64,000 bases of DNA from contig OX597831.1 of assembly GCA_951406725.2 (NCBI GenBank), forward strand, positions 40,548,001 through 40,612,000. The letters run 5' to 3'. Position 1 is the stretch's first letter. Each line of letters begins with the position of its first letter. A program made the translations under genes and the position numbers. The stretch is from Octopus vulgaris. Its lineage: Eukaryota. A model generated the notes under the pieces. It was not told the DNA's origin, made no database searches, and saw nothing but the letters and a program-made list of their open reading frames with translations. Of the stretch, positions 27,235 to 41,147 are shown piece by piece.

Positions 27235-27700
27235 AATCATGCTGAAGTAGTTGCTACATTACAGGATGACGCATCAGTATCATCAACAGTGCAAAACAGT
27301 GCAGCTAAATTTACGAGGGAAAGGGAGAGTCTTGAACATGTCAAGATGTCCCGAAGTCTGGACGTCTTGCAATTGCCACCACCATGGAAAACATAGATCG
27401 TGTTCACCGGATGGTGATGGATGACCGATGATAGACTATAAATCAAATAGCCAATTCTATTAGCATAACCTGCGAGCCAGTTCAGAATATTCTACACAAA
27501 GAACTTTATATGATGAAGGTTTCTGCTCATGGGAGCTTCGTCTTCTGATACCTGATCAAAAGTGCGCCAGGCTAATTACATCACGTGAAAATCTGACACC
27601 ATTTAAGGAAAGATGCAGCTGGATTCCTTGGAGATTTCCTAACCCAAGATGAGCGTTGGGTTCATTACTTTGAGCCAGAGACTCAGAGGCTATCCATAAA
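27235..27700 (+). pseudogene. Decayed mariner transposase fragment
   Basis: Across frameshifts: RESLE, ENIDRVHRMVMDDR, NILHKELYMMKVSA, FLTQDERWVHYFEPETQR (TGDE.WV..Y.PE motif). Confidence 0.8.
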
Positions 27701-28146
27701 CTGTGCTACGTTAAGTTTTTGCGTTCTGACGCCAACACCCGCGACGACGTTAATAGCTAACTGAAAGTGTCTTTCTATTGATCAACATCGCTGGCATAGG
27801 GAGGGAAGACGTACATGTATGTGTAACTGTTGGCCTTCCATAATAAAAAAATATATATATCCTTTGATTGGCTTGCATGAAAGAGACGAACTTTTCATGA
27901 GCAGATCCATGGCTTGAAGTGAAATATGGCAGCATCGTCAGAACACAATAAGTACTATAGTAGAATTAAACCGTCACCTTAGTAACTTTACAATTATAAT
28001 GCAAATTCTTAGACAGGAAAAAAAACAACAAAATTTAGAAAATGAAAACAAAAGAAGTATGAACAAACGAGATATATATTTATTGAATCAATAAATCTGC
28101 CGGCTAGATATTTTTTCTTTAATTTACGTCTCAATTTGATTATAAG

Positions 28147-28212
<66 letters not shown>

Positions 28213-28232
28213 CCATTTATATATACGTGTGC

Positions 28233-28267
<35 letters not shown>

Positions 28268-28514
28268 TGTATGTGTGTATGTACATATACGTGTATATGT
28301 GTGCATATAGATATGTGTATATATATGATATATTTGTGTATCTAAATACCCATATACAATATATACGTATGAGCTAGTATGTATATACGTATACATATAA
28401 ATGCATACATAATCTTACACGCACATTCACATATATTGTCATATCTTTAAATTTAATAAGAACTAGAATGGGCATAATTGCATTTAATTCTAAAAGTTTA
28501 TATATGCGCATTTA

Positions 28515-28558
<44 letters not shown>

Positions 28559-28623
28559 AATATATATATATACGTGTATTCATTCATTCATACATACATA
28601 CATACAAATATGCATATACATAC

Positions 28624-28666
<43 letters not shown>

Positions 28667-28725
28667 ATATGCATATGTATTTACAAACGTGCGTAAATTA
28701 ATAAGTATGCAAAAACACATATGTA

Positions 28726-28810
<85 letters not shown>

Positions 28811-29281
28811 CGCATGTGTGTGTGTTTCTGTGTGCGGCCGTGTGTGTGTGGAGGCAAGTATGCATTCACATGTTTGAATATAACAACAGCAAACAAGGAA
28901 CAATAAGAATAATTACAATTAATCCTTAGCAACTCTGTTGTCTTTTTACTTTTGTTTTTTTTAATATTTTTTTGTCTATTTTCCCATTTCTCTCTCTCTA
29001 TCTCTCTCTCTCCGTCTCACCTTCTTTCACTCTCTGTCTCTCCCTCTCGTTTCTCTCGTTCTCTATCATTTAATGAATAGTAGAATTATCCAGTAAAAAT
29101 GCTTTAATTAAACAATCTTTTGTTTCTGGTTAATAATTACAAATATCTATTCTTAACACAAGACATGCGTAAATCTGTGAATACAATAAGTAAAAAAAAA
29201 AAAAAAACTTTTTAAAAACCTCACACAAAAACATATAACACCTTTCTCTCCCTCTTTCTCGCTCTCTCAATACATATATGC

Positions 29282-29327
<46 letters not shown>

Positions 29328-29417
29328 GTATATGTATATGTATATGTATATATATATATATTGATATATATATATATACATATATATATACATATATACA
29401 TATATATACATATATAC

Positions 29418-29482
<65 letters not shown>

Positions 29483-29730
29483 TATGTATACATATATATA
29501 TGTTTACATGTATACATACACATGTATAAATATATATAGGCATATATATAATATATATATACATACTTGTCTTTCTCTGTATGTATCTAACTATCTATAC
29601 ATATATCTATTTATCTATCTGTCTATTTACCTATCTATCTAGCTAGCTAGCAACCTATCTTCTCTCTCTCACTCTCACACTCCCTCACTCTTACTTTCTC
29701 ATTTTATATATAAACAGGTAGATAAAAGTA

Positions 29731-29880
<150 letters not shown>

Positions 29881-29962
29881 TGAATATACATATGTATAGA
29901 TCTATATTTTCAAATATACATACATACACATGCATAGAAACACACACAGACGCACGCACACA

Positions 29963-30020
<58 letters not shown>

Positions 30021-30645
30021 CATACATATATATATATATATTTATATAAATATATATATTTGTCTGTAAGTATGTATATACATATATGTTTAAAGTTTAT
30101 ATATAATTAATGAATCTGAGGTATATTAATTATATATTTATTATATGATTACCTTTCGTTTGTTATTTGTTGTTGTTCTTCGATTCGGAATGTGGCATGA
30201 GCATCTCGATGAAACAGCTGAATTAATTAATTATAGTGATGTCATGAATGCCAGCTTGTTGCCGCCTTGTAATTATTTAATTAATTACCTTAAATGGTGA
30301 GTAATTAAGGCATATACAATAGGAATGTATTTGTGAGTGTATTCGTTATTCTAGCCGTTATTGTTTTTGTTGTTGTTTTAGTTGCTGTTGCTATTGTTGT
30401 TGTTTTTGTGTTTGTGTGTATGTATGTGTGTGCCTTTTCGATTTTATGTAAGTTTACGTAACTGCTTCATTGTATATGTGTGTCTGTAAACACAAAAATA
30501 CACACATATCCATTTACACACACACACACACACACATACAGCTTTATATGTATATTAGGATATATGTGTAGGTATGAATATGTGAATTTATATGTATATA
30601 TTGTGCCTGTGTATATATACACACCCACATATATATGTATGTGCA

Positions 30646-30698
<53 letters not shown>

Positions 30699-30757
30699 AA
30701 GAATAAATAACATGAGAGAAAGAAAAAGAAAATGAAATACACGAGACTATCTATTAA

Positions 30758-30794
30758 CCACTACGATCGTTTCGACTAATCGTTTCATCGGTAA
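30758..30794 (-). ncRNA. Decayed minimal hammerhead relic
   Basis: Minus strand reads ttac-C(-)GATGA-aac-gatta-gtc-GAAACGATCGTA-gtgg. Stem III is the palindrome ACGATCGT. Lies near a (TA)n tract. Confidence 0.5.
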
Positions 30795-30840
30795 GCGGAA
30801 TACTACCAGGTGTATAACCAAATTAAGATAATTACTAATG

Positions 30841-30898
<58 letters not shown>

Positions 30899-30941
30899 CG
30901 ATTCCATTCGATAACGTGCATATTCAATAACGTACATAAGC

Positions 30942-31034
<93 letters not shown>

Positions 31035-31035
<1 letters not shown>

Positions 31036-31425
31036 GTACGCTTTCGTGGTAGAAAATTTAGCAAAAAACGTACTCTATCTAGTGAGAGATAAATCTTATT
31101 TATTTAAAGGACACATTACATGTATTTAAGTACAACTAATAGTTTCATATGTTAAGAAATATCTCAAACCGATATTCTTCAGGCACAAACCACCTATCAT
31201 AACGAACTAAATAAACAATTGAATAATAGTTGAAACGCAAAAAACTGAGAAGGCAGCATATAGAAAACGCAGAAGGTATAAAATGGAAAACGAAAACACA
31301 AAAGCTAAATTATAAGAAGTAAAAAGTTAAAAGGATTAAAGAGGTATTCTTTTTAGAATTTAAATTCTGGTTCGTTATATGTGGTTTGTGCCTGAAGAAT
31401 ATGTTTAAAATATTTCTCAACAAGC
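31035..31425 (-). mobile_element. (TA)n-abutting hammerhead element with an inverted duplication
   Basis: About 31150-31207 is repeated in inverted orientation at about 31370-31422. HHR at 31130-31186. Confidence 0.7.
31130..31186 (-). ncRNA. Type I hammerhead ribozyme
   Basis: Minus strand reads GTGC-CTGAAGA-ATAT...ATAT-GAAACTATTAGTT-GTAC. Stem I is 4 bp with one wobble, stem III is ACTA/TAGT, cleavage triplet GUU. Confidence 0.75.
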
Positions 31426-31441
31426 CCGTCATATATATAAT

Positions 31442-31992
31442 ATAGCACGTCGGGGGAAATGCTTAGCGGTATTTCGTCTGCCGTTACGTTCTCAATTCAA
31501 ATTCCGCCGAGGTAGACCTTTGCCTTTCATCCTTTCGGGGTCGATTAAATAAGTACCAGTTACGCACTGGGGTCGATGTAATCGGCTTAATCCGTTTGTC
31601 TGTCCTTGTTCGTCCCCTCTGTGTTTAGCCCCTTGTGAGTATTAAAGAAATAGGTATTACGTCCTGAGTTCAAATTCCGCCGAGGTCGACTTTGCCTGTC
31701 ATCCTTTCGAGGTCGATAAATTAAGTACCAGTTACACAATGGAGTCGATGTAATCGATTTAATCTGTTTGTCTGTCCTTGTTTGTCCTCTCTGTGTTTAG
31801 CCCCTTGTAGGTAGTAAAGAAATAGGTATTTCGTCTGCCGCTACGTTATGAGTTCAAATTCCGCCGAGGTCGACTTTGCCTTTCATCCTTTCGGGGTCGA
31901 TTGAATCACTACCAATTACGCACTGAAATCGATGTAATCGAGTAGCCCCCTCCCGCCCCCAAATTTTCATGGCCTTGTGCCTAGAGTAGAAA
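31442..31992 (+). mobile_element. SINE family A, trimeric array
   Basis: Three tandem B-box plus central-domain bodies, then the terminal tail. Confidence 0.9.
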
Positions 31993-32149
31993 TAATTATG
32001 ATAGCACCAGTTGCATAGATGACAATCTCCGTCATCACAACTGCACCAGTTGCTAAATGGCAGCCTATGTCGTTACAATTCATCCAGTTATAAAAATGGC
32101 AGTACGCCTTCGCGTTGCACTGGTTGTATAAATGAGATGTTTACCTTTT

Positions 32150-32640
32150 GACCTACAGATTTTAAAAAAATATTTTTTTGTAACTAAACACTTTCAAACT
32201 TCTGACGCTGGTAGAACGTGTCATATAAAACATATTTTACTCTTAGCATTTTTGAGAAAAAAACTTATTTTTTGCAATGGCTGAAACGATGGAACAAAGT
32301 GCTTCCGAGAAATTCTGTTTTCCGCTGGGTAAAACTGCGGCCAAAACAGTAGCCATGTTTCAAACAGCTTACACGAAAGCTGCTACGAGCAAAACACAAG
32401 TTTATGAGTGGTTTTCACGCTTTATGAACGGTCACTTGTTGCTTGAAGACCAACCGCGTTCAGGACGACTGCTGACCTCCCGAACGTTGACCTCTAGCAC
32501 TACTTCGAATTGCGGAAAATGCGCCTTGACCGGTGCATTGCTTCAAATGGAGAATATTTTGAAGGCAATAAAAGTGACAACATATAATACTAAGTGAATA
32601 AATGAATATTGTGAAAATTCCGCTTTGTTTTCAGTACCCC
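32150..32640 (+). pseudogene. Internally deleted mariner fragment
   Basis: ORF 32277-32597 contains KFCFPLGKTAAKTVAMFQTAY...SKTQVYEWFSRF.NG...LEDQPRSGR (mariner N-terminal HTH). Confidence 0.85.
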
Positions 32641-33204
32641 CTTCGGTTTCCCGTGGAAACCGGGAAACTGGTCTATATGATTCATGAAGGAAATTTGCTT
32701 GCTTTGCTTGTTGCTAACCCTATAGCAATTTTATAAACGGCAGCATATGCCCTTACAATACACTACTTTTAGAAAATGACAGCTTGCCTTTGTCGTCGTC
32801 ACACGTTCACAAGCTGAGGTTTTATAAACAGCAGTATGCATTGCGTACCATGCATAGCTTATATAAACGGCAGCTTGTGTCGCTATAAAAACGGCGGCTT
32901 GTGTCGCTATATAAACGGCAGCAGGTGAGTAAAGAGATTTATTTGCTTATGAAATGAATCAATAACACATTCTTCACAAATTCAGAAATTCACAAATCCA
33001 CGACAAGTTCACATTTGAGGAGGAAAGCAGAGAAAGTCATTAGAACTGTCAAATATCCGAACTTTTGGACCTTATCGATCATTATACGAAGCTGTAATTC
33101 GAACTTGTGACCTCAAATACCGTAATCAAATAAAGTTAACGTGTTCAGTGATATGTGCATGCATGTCTCATGTCTATGTATATGTGTGTATGTCTGTATA
33201 CGTG

Positions 33205-33241
<37 letters not shown>

Positions 33242-33669
33242 ATATGTAGATATGTAGATATGTATATGTATATATATATATATATATGTGTGTATATATA
33301 TATGTGTGTATATATATATATATAAATGTATGTTTGTATATATGTATGTATGTTTGTAAGTATGTATTATGTATGTGAGTCTGTGTGCAGGGATGTGTAC
33401 ATTTGTGAGTATTGTGCGTTTATGCGTGAGTGTGTGTTTACATAAAAACACACAGATACACACGGATGTGTATATATATATATATATATACGTGTGTGCG
33501 TGTGTGTGTGCGTGTGTGTGTGCATGTGTGTGTGTGTGTACATATACATATGCGTATTTTTATATATACACACAAGCACAAATACACATACATGCGCACA
33601 CATACGAACGCATACATACACCATGCAAGCACATACACAAACACACTACATATATCTATAGATACATAC

Positions 33670-33747
<78 letters not shown>

Positions 33748-34408
33748 GTACACACACACACATATATATAGATGTGCATATGTGTTTTGGTAATGTATAT
33801 CTAACATAGTTATATGCGAAGTGTTTATAACCTATGTATGAAAATCACTTTATATCAGGTTTTAATTTACTAAATGTTCCAGTGACATCTACTTGAAGAA
33901 CCGTAGCTAGAGTAGCTTACAATAGAATTTATAGCAGCCGTAGCTGTTAGTAATTGCAGAATCTGTTGAAAATTCAATAACCATTTCCATTGTTAGCATA
34001 ATATAGCATTATTTACATAAGGTTATTACAATCTTCACCGCTAAATGTATAAAACTACCTACCAATATTATTACGAGAACAATATATCAAAATTTCAATA
34101 TTTTTAAGTGTAATCATACAATACAAAATATTTAAGTGCAAGCTATATTTTCAGTAGACCTTTTAACTCTTTTGGTGCCAACATATCTGGAACCATCCCT
34201 AGTTTTATTATACAAACTTCAAACTTTTTTGTTTTAAAGTGATCAAAGTTAAAAACCTTCCATAGAAATTTTATATTAGTTTCTGTCACAAATAGTATCT
34301 TACTAATGATAAAATTGATTGATGCAGTCCATTTACCTGTCCCACAAAGTTTCGAGCCTTGTGCCTATAGACTTAATGCAGAAATTATTATTATTATCAT
34401 CATTATTA

Positions 34409-34466
<58 letters not shown>

Positions 34467-34484
34467 CATTATTATTATTATTAT

Positions 34485-35978
34485 ATGTTTGACTTTTGCT
34501 TTATATTTGTACAAGTTGGCTCCAAGTCTCACCCGGAGACCTCAAGAGACAACAGGTTGGAAGTTCACGTTGTTGTTATGCCTAGTGTGCCATATATTTG
34601 GGTTGTTTTTTGTGTTGTACTGGTGGATGTCTAAAAAAAAAGAAAATGTTTGTTTTAAACCTTGAGATTACATAGAAAGTATTTTGCGTAGGATATGAGC
34701 AGTTCCCATGAGCACTATCTTTTGAATTTCTGCCATTTTTGGGTTTCCTGGTATCTGAGTTAGGTAGCAATCAGCCCCTTTTGCTATCATTCCCAGGGCA
34801 ACTATGACAACAGGTATTGTTTTAGTCTTCAGGTTCCACATTTTGCTGATTTCTATTTCAAGATCTTTATATTTGCTCAGTTTTTGGTAGGTCTTGATAG
34901 ATACGTTTATATCGATTGGGACAGTCATATCAATGAGGAGGCATGTTCTTTGTTTGAAGTCTTTCAATATGATGTCTGGCCTATTTGCATCTATCTTTCT
35001 GTCAGTTTGAATGGTGAAGTTCCAGAGGAGTGAGATGTGGTCATTTTCAAGCACTGGGGGTGGTTTGTGTTTCAACCAGTTTTTTTTCATGGGGCAAATC
35101 CAGGTTTTTGCAGATTACCCAGTGAATATATTGTGCAGCTCTATCGTGCCTGTTGAGATACTCTGTAGGCGCTAGAAGACTGCACTTGGAGACCACATGA
35201 TCAATGGTTTCATTTTGTTGCTGGCATACACACGTTGGACTGCTGCTGATCTTTAATATGTTGGCCTGGTAGTTTCTTGTTGGCAGGCATTGATCTTGAG
35301 CTGCTATGATAAACCCCTCTGTTTCAGATTTTAAGCCAGAGGCCATTAGCCATTGGTGGGTCGGGGCTTTGTCAACATCTGCATTATTCGCTCTCTTTGG
35401 GTATTTGCCATAGAGAGGTTTTTCTTGCCATTTATCATTCAGAATATCTAAGGCCGCAGATTTAGCACGGGTTTTCATGCACTTAGCTTCTTCTGTGGCT
35501 GTTTCTTGTATGTCTATCTCTAATTCCGAAATTTGTTGTATTCGGAATTCACTTAGATATTCCTTTGCCTGTTTTGTTACTGAGTATGATGCTTTCTTGT
35601 TTTCATGTTTTGAGACAAGTTTTAACATCCAGTCCTCAGAGTTTTTCAGGTAGGTGTCTAAGCCAATTGTAGCAATCTTCATTGTTATTGCCAGTTGTAA
35701 AAGTCCACGGCCTCCCTCTTTTCTTGGCAGATAAAGTCGTTCTGTATCTGCCGTAGGGTGGTGCATTCTATGCATTGTCAACAGTTTTCGTATTTTTCTG
35801 TCAAGATTACATATTTCAGTAATTGACCAGTTAACGATATTGAAACTGTAAGTCACGACTGGTATGGCTAATGCATTGATCGCTTCGATCCTGTTTCTCG
35901 CATTCAGCTCTGTCTTGAGTATTGTTCTTACTCTGCGATAACATTCTCTCCTGATCCTTTCCTTCATCTCTGAATGCC
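34485..35978 (-). mobile_element. R4/Dong-type non-LTR retrotransposon, 5'-truncated (end of RT, CCHC finger, restriction-like endonuclease)
   Basis: RLYLPRKEGGRGL, ETIDHVVSKC, YLNRHDR, RPDII, IDMTVP and KLSKYKDL in ORFs 35047-36000 and 34668-35090. (TAA)n on both sides. Confidence 0.92.
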
Positions 35979-35996
35979 TTATTATTATCATCATCA

Positions 35997-36059
<63 letters not shown>

Positions 36060-36064
<5 letters not shown>

Positions 36065-36612
36065 TAGTTCTTTTTTATAACGTGCTTTTACTTCATTACC
36101 GAGTGCAGCTCTGTGTGCCTTGGGTATGTGCTGTAATTTATTGTGATGCTCTTATGGTTACTGTATTGAAAGTGTTTTGCGTAGGATGTGTGCAGTACCC
36201 AGTAGTGCAATTTTATGTATGTTATACATATTTGTAAGTCCTGGTGTTTTTGTTATCTATTTGTCTGAATATTTTTTATCATACCTAATGCGCCTACTAT
36301 GATAGGAATTGTCTCTGTTTTTCTGCTTTTAGATTCCACATTCGAGTTACCTCTATTTCCAGGTCTTTGCATTTTGAAAGTTTCTCCATTTCTTCCAGAA
36401 AAACGTTGTCATCTGCTGGTATTGATACATCATTCAGAAAGCATTTTTTTCTTCATGATCTCAGAGAACAATATCTGGCCTATTGGCCTTAATTTCTCTA
36501 TCTGTGTGTATTGGCATATCCCAGAGGATGGTTGCTTTCTCGTTTTCTGTGACCTTTTCTGGTGTGTACCTATACAATCTTTTTTCTGTTGTTATTCCAT
36601 AGTGTTGGCACA
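36060..36612 (-). mobile_element. 3' fragment of a second R4/Dong-like LINE subfamily
   Basis: Decayed LWDMPIHTDREIKANRPDIV and ALLGTAHILRKTLS on the minus strand. Embedded in (TAA)n. Confidence 0.75.
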
Positions 36613-36649
36613 GATTATTATTGTTGTTGTTATTATTATTATTATTATT

Positions 36650-37162
36650 GAGTGAGAGAGCAGTTCATGCCATCAAAGTGACACTGGGGTAAAATATACC
36701 CATCATGACTACCCGTCTTATAAGGGTACACCAAGCACATGCATCACAACCATATGTGCGCGACATGGTGATCTCATATCAAGATAAACAGCACATGACC
36801 TTGCAGGTGGGGCCCAATTAGAATTTTCTTCAGGTTGAGTAGCCCATCCCGCTCAAACGGTCCCTGAATAAGGGTTGTTTAAGGATGTTGAATGAACCAC
36901 CCATGTTTCCAGAGGTGAATTATTAAAACCCCAAAGAATTCCTCTCAACACATGGCTATGATGCTCCCCCACTACTTCTGCTCGTGATCAGAGATGCACC
37001 TATCGTCAGCCACTAAGGGACATGCTCAACTGGTTATGGTCAAACAACTGACAAGCAAATCTGTGGTATTGAGCAGAATATTTGCTGTAGCCCATCTTTT
37101 ATACCAAGACGAAACATACATGATAACACTTCCAATCAGTGGAGATCAGAAGCCATGAGGGT
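36650..37162 (-). mobile_element. Unclassified interspersed repeat ending in (AAT)n, probably a retroelement 3' UTR
   Basis: Higher-complexity block bounded by (ATT)n/(GTT)n tracts within the LINE cluster. No ORF. Confidence 0.4.
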
Positions 37163-37202
37163 TATTATTGTTGTTGTTGTTGTTGTTTGTTGTTCAAAAC
37201 AA

Positions 37203-37519
37203 TCTACTATAATAATACTCTTGCATCTTTCTGCATCGCATCATATAAATGAGAAAGGAAGGGGTGATAGATGAATAAGGAAGGAAGGAAGGGGTGAACC
37301 TTTAACGATTAAAAGAAAGAAGGGGTGAACCTTTAACGATTAAAAGAAAAATCAAACAGCGTTTCAACTCTGTGTGTGTACATGTGTGTATGTCTGTGCG
37401 TGTACAAGGGAAGTATGTGAATGTATGTATCTGTGATTATTATGTACCCTATTTTGTACCTTATTTATATATAAATTACTACAATTAGCCGTTATTTTTG
37501 ACGGCACCGGGCATGCTAG
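37203..37519 (+). mobile_element. Non-autonomous Helitron-like element
   Basis: Starts a|tctactataataatactc and ends ccgttatttttgacgg...gCTAG|t. A second 5' copy starts at 51738. Confidence 0.7.
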
Positions 37520-37884
37520 TCCCCTAATAATGACAAAGTTGGTTTACTAAATTCTTTATTATTTTCAAACGTAATAGAAAATCAAAGACAGTGCAGTTCA
37601 ACAGAAATATGATGAAAAAAAGGATTAATATTAGCAGAACATCTTAACATCTTATCAGGAAGTTCTTGGACTTTTCAAACATTTGTAATACTGTCCTTGT
37701 CGGGTTGCAAGTAAAAACCTATGATAATTGATAATGGTGGTAATTCTCCTACTGGTATTAGTGTATTTCATAATTGTTGAGGAGGCCTTATTGACGGATA
37801 CGTGTCTCTGTAGAACAGGGTCGTGGCGACGACCACTACTCTTGGGCTATTGGTGAAAACATGTTATATCGCTATATACTTGGG

Positions 37885-38225
37885 TAAAGGGTGAAGCCCC
37901 CCTTTGGTCATGAATGGCCAATGGGATTGCACATAGAAAGTTTGCCCTCTAACGCACAAATCTGGACAGGGTTGTTTTTGAAAGACCAGTAGTCGCCCAT
38001 GCATACTAGTCTCCCCTCACCACGCAACCAATGTTGTCCAAGGGAAAGGCAAAGGCCGATACAGCTTGGCACCAGAGACGTCGCAACTCATTTCTACAGC
38101 TGAATGAAATGGAGCAATGTGAAATAAAGTGTCTTGATCAAGAACATAACACACAGCCCGGGCCGGGAATCGATCTCACTATCCCATGATTGTGAGCCCG
38201 ACACTCTAACTTCTGAGCCTTCACA
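37885..38225 (-). mobile_element. tRNA-derived CORE-like SINE family D
   Basis: Reverse complement of the copy at 47110-47418 (gcgacgtc.ctggtgccaagctgtatcg). Confidence 0.75.
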
Positions 38226-38779
38226 TATGCATAGCCGTGCGATATATCTAGAAGTTCAAGAAGTTAAATAAACAAGCGAGAAACGAACTTTTTGTCATAG
38301 ACACGTTTTGTTGTTTCAAGCAGAGATTTATATCTCTCGCATGCAACACATTCCCACAGTCATTAAATAGTAAAAGATTACATACGCTCAGGCAAATATG
38401 CAAGTAGGAGGTTACGTCAGCGATTTGAGAAAAAAAATTGATTTAAGGAAAACAAAGACAGAAAAAAAAACCATTACGTCTTTATAAAATATAGAAGACA
38501 TATTCTTACACATGCATATTAAAAGTATATTTAATAAAAATGTCATCGATTACTGCTTCGATACGGCTTTTGAAATTACTAAATTCGTTTATCAAATCTT
38601 TATTCCCACTGGCCATAGAGACCCCAATAGCAAGCATACGCGAAACCTTGTTGTGTCTGTGTGCGCGTGTGTGTGCGTGTATGTGTATGAGTGTGTGTGT
38701 TTGTGTGTGTATGCACGCGTGTGTGTGTGTGTTTATACCTACCTACATTCATACATACATACAAGTTTAGGTATATATC

Positions 38780-39140
38780 TAATTATTTGGGCACTGGCAT
38801 GTGTAACGCACTGCCTAAATACCAGTCTTGAGAAAAATAGGCTTCGCAAAACCAGAAGAGAAAAAATTAATTTGAAGGCTAAGATCCTAGCCATCACCGG
38901 AACTGTAAAAATCTGTAAAACTTTCCAGAAGTTCATCACTTGAATATATATGAACGTGTCTAGAATTGCAACTATATGCATGAGAATAAATAGATAAAGC
39001 AAAACGTACAAATCTGCACATATTCATTCATACAAAAATACCCTGTTGATGTTGGAATTCCAATGAAGGCGCCTTGAATCTAGGTTAGAAACCGGTTCTT
39101 CCTTTGGTGACAATAAATCGTGAAATAAAACTGAATAATG
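38780..39140 (+). mobile_element. 3' end of another RLE-type LINE
   Basis: II.AL..VTHCL.TSLEK and AITGTVKICKTFQKF resemble the C-terminus of the R4/Dong-like ORFs in this window. Confidence 0.45.
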
Positions 39141-39765
39141 ACATACATATATATTCTTCCTTAGCGTCAAACTGTTTCTTCTTCTCTCACTGGTCTTTGT
39201 CTTTAGTTTTCATTTTTTTTCAGAGGAAGAGAAAGAGAGAGAATAAATTACTATTGTTCCTGAAGGTTCCGGCAAGAAAGTGCAGGTGTTTTTGCCTCAC
39301 AAAACAAACCATGTACGGTCTTACGTTGCTATTTCCAGCTGTCACGTGATTGTCAAACATGATGAGCGAACAATCAATTAATACTTGTCTATACCAATCT
39401 GTTAATTAGTGTTGCTTTTATAGATCGATCTCATGTTTGATTTGGTGTAATTGCTTAAATATATTGCTTGCGTTTGTGACGAATGATAAATGCTCGTTTA
39501 GTGCGTTGAATTCGATTCCCAGAGGCGCGTTGTATACTTCAGCAAGACACTTTATTTCACATTGCTCCAATCCACTAAGTTGACAAAAATTAGTTGTACC
39601 AGTAATACAAACGAGACAAGCCTTATTGCCTTCTGTGTGATGCTAAATAACCCTGAAAAGTACATTCAGGATATGCATGTCTCTGAAGTGCCCCGCTGCG
39701 TGCCCGTCAATTTCCCCAACAGGCTGATCCATTGATCGAATCAATAGCAGCACACTTCGTCGAAT

Positions 39766-40160
39766 AAGACGGCGAGCTGGCAGAAACGTTAGCACACCGG
39801 ACGAAATGCTTAGCGGTATTTCGTCTGCGTTACGTTGTGAGTTCAAATTCCGCCGAGGTCGACTTTGCCTTTCATCCTTTCGGGGTCGATAAATTAAGTA
39901 CCAGTCACACACTGGGGTCGATATAATCGACTTAATCTGTTTGTCTGTCCTTGTTTGTCCTCTCTGTGTTTAGCCCTTGTGGGTAGTAAAGGAATAGGTA
40001 TTTTGCTTGCCGTTACGTCCTGAGTTCAAATTCCGCCGAGGTCGACTTTGCCTTTCATCCTTTCGGGGTCGATAAATTAAGTACCAGTTGCGTACTGGAG
40101 TCGATCTAATCAACAGGTACCTCCACACAAAAAAATTTGGGCTTTGTGCCTAGAGAAAAA
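39766..40160 (+). mobile_element. SINE family A, dimeric copy
   Basis: Head, two bodies and tail. Confidence 0.9.
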
Positions 40161-40929
40161 GAGATTAACTATTATTATTCGCACACACGCACAAACACAC
40201 GCACACACACCGTCTAATTCTTTCTGTTTCCGTCTACAAAATACACTCACAAGTAGCAGCACAGTGGGATTGAACCCGGGACCATGTGATTGAGAAGCAA
40301 ATTTCTTACCAGACAACTACGTCAGCGGTTATGATCGTAAGGTTTTTTCATTGAGAGTACTTCAAGACATTTTCTCATCACTCTGCTTTATGATCATCAT
40401 AGTTCACTTCCGTTTCCAAACCAGTTTGAAGAAACCTACGCGTTGAATAACGAACAAAAGAGAGAGAGAGACAGAGACAGACACACAGACACACAGACAC
40501 ACAGACAATAGGCAGACAGACAGACAGAGAGCATTCAGTACATATTTTAAAGTGCAATTATATGTATCTGAATAACGACTGTTTCTGGTATTTTATTTCT
40601 CACTGATTCAAGAAGTCTCTCCGCAGTGAATTGTTTATCGTCCTGCGCAAATCAGCCTAGGAAGTATTCACACGGCAGCAAAAATGTTGAAAATGAAAGA
40701 CGACACTTTCAACACCCCTTATAGGTCAGTGCTTGCTTATAGTAGGACTACTAAGCACTGACCTGCCAAACCATCTAAATTCCTAAATTCTTCCTTCCTT
40801 ACTACTAACCCTATCTCTGCCCCATCACTTGGACTCTATCACTACACATTTGACACACCTTTACCTTTTATCACCCTCCATTCCTTCTATCTTTTTACAA
40901 TCTAATACCTTTCTCTCTCTACCATCCTT

Positions 40930-41147
40930 AGCTGGCAGAAACGTTAGCACGCCGGGCGAAATGTTTAGCGGTATTTCGTCTGCCGTTACGTTGTGAGTTC
41001 AAATTCCGCCGAGGTCGACTTTGCCCTTTCGGGGTCGATAAATTAAGTACCAGTTACGCACTGGGGTCGATGTAATCGACATAATACCTATGTCTGTCCT
41101 TGTTTGTCCTCTCTGTGTTTAGCCCCTTGTGGGTAATAAAGAAATAG
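40930..41147 (+). mobile_element. SINE family A
   Basis: Near-consensus copy with a short internal deletion. Confidence 0.88.

Noticed and set aside
39058-39100. ccaatgaagg...aggttaGAAACCGGTT in a LINE 3' UTR as a hammerhead
   Set aside because: The CUGANGA box has two mismatches and no stem I is apparent.
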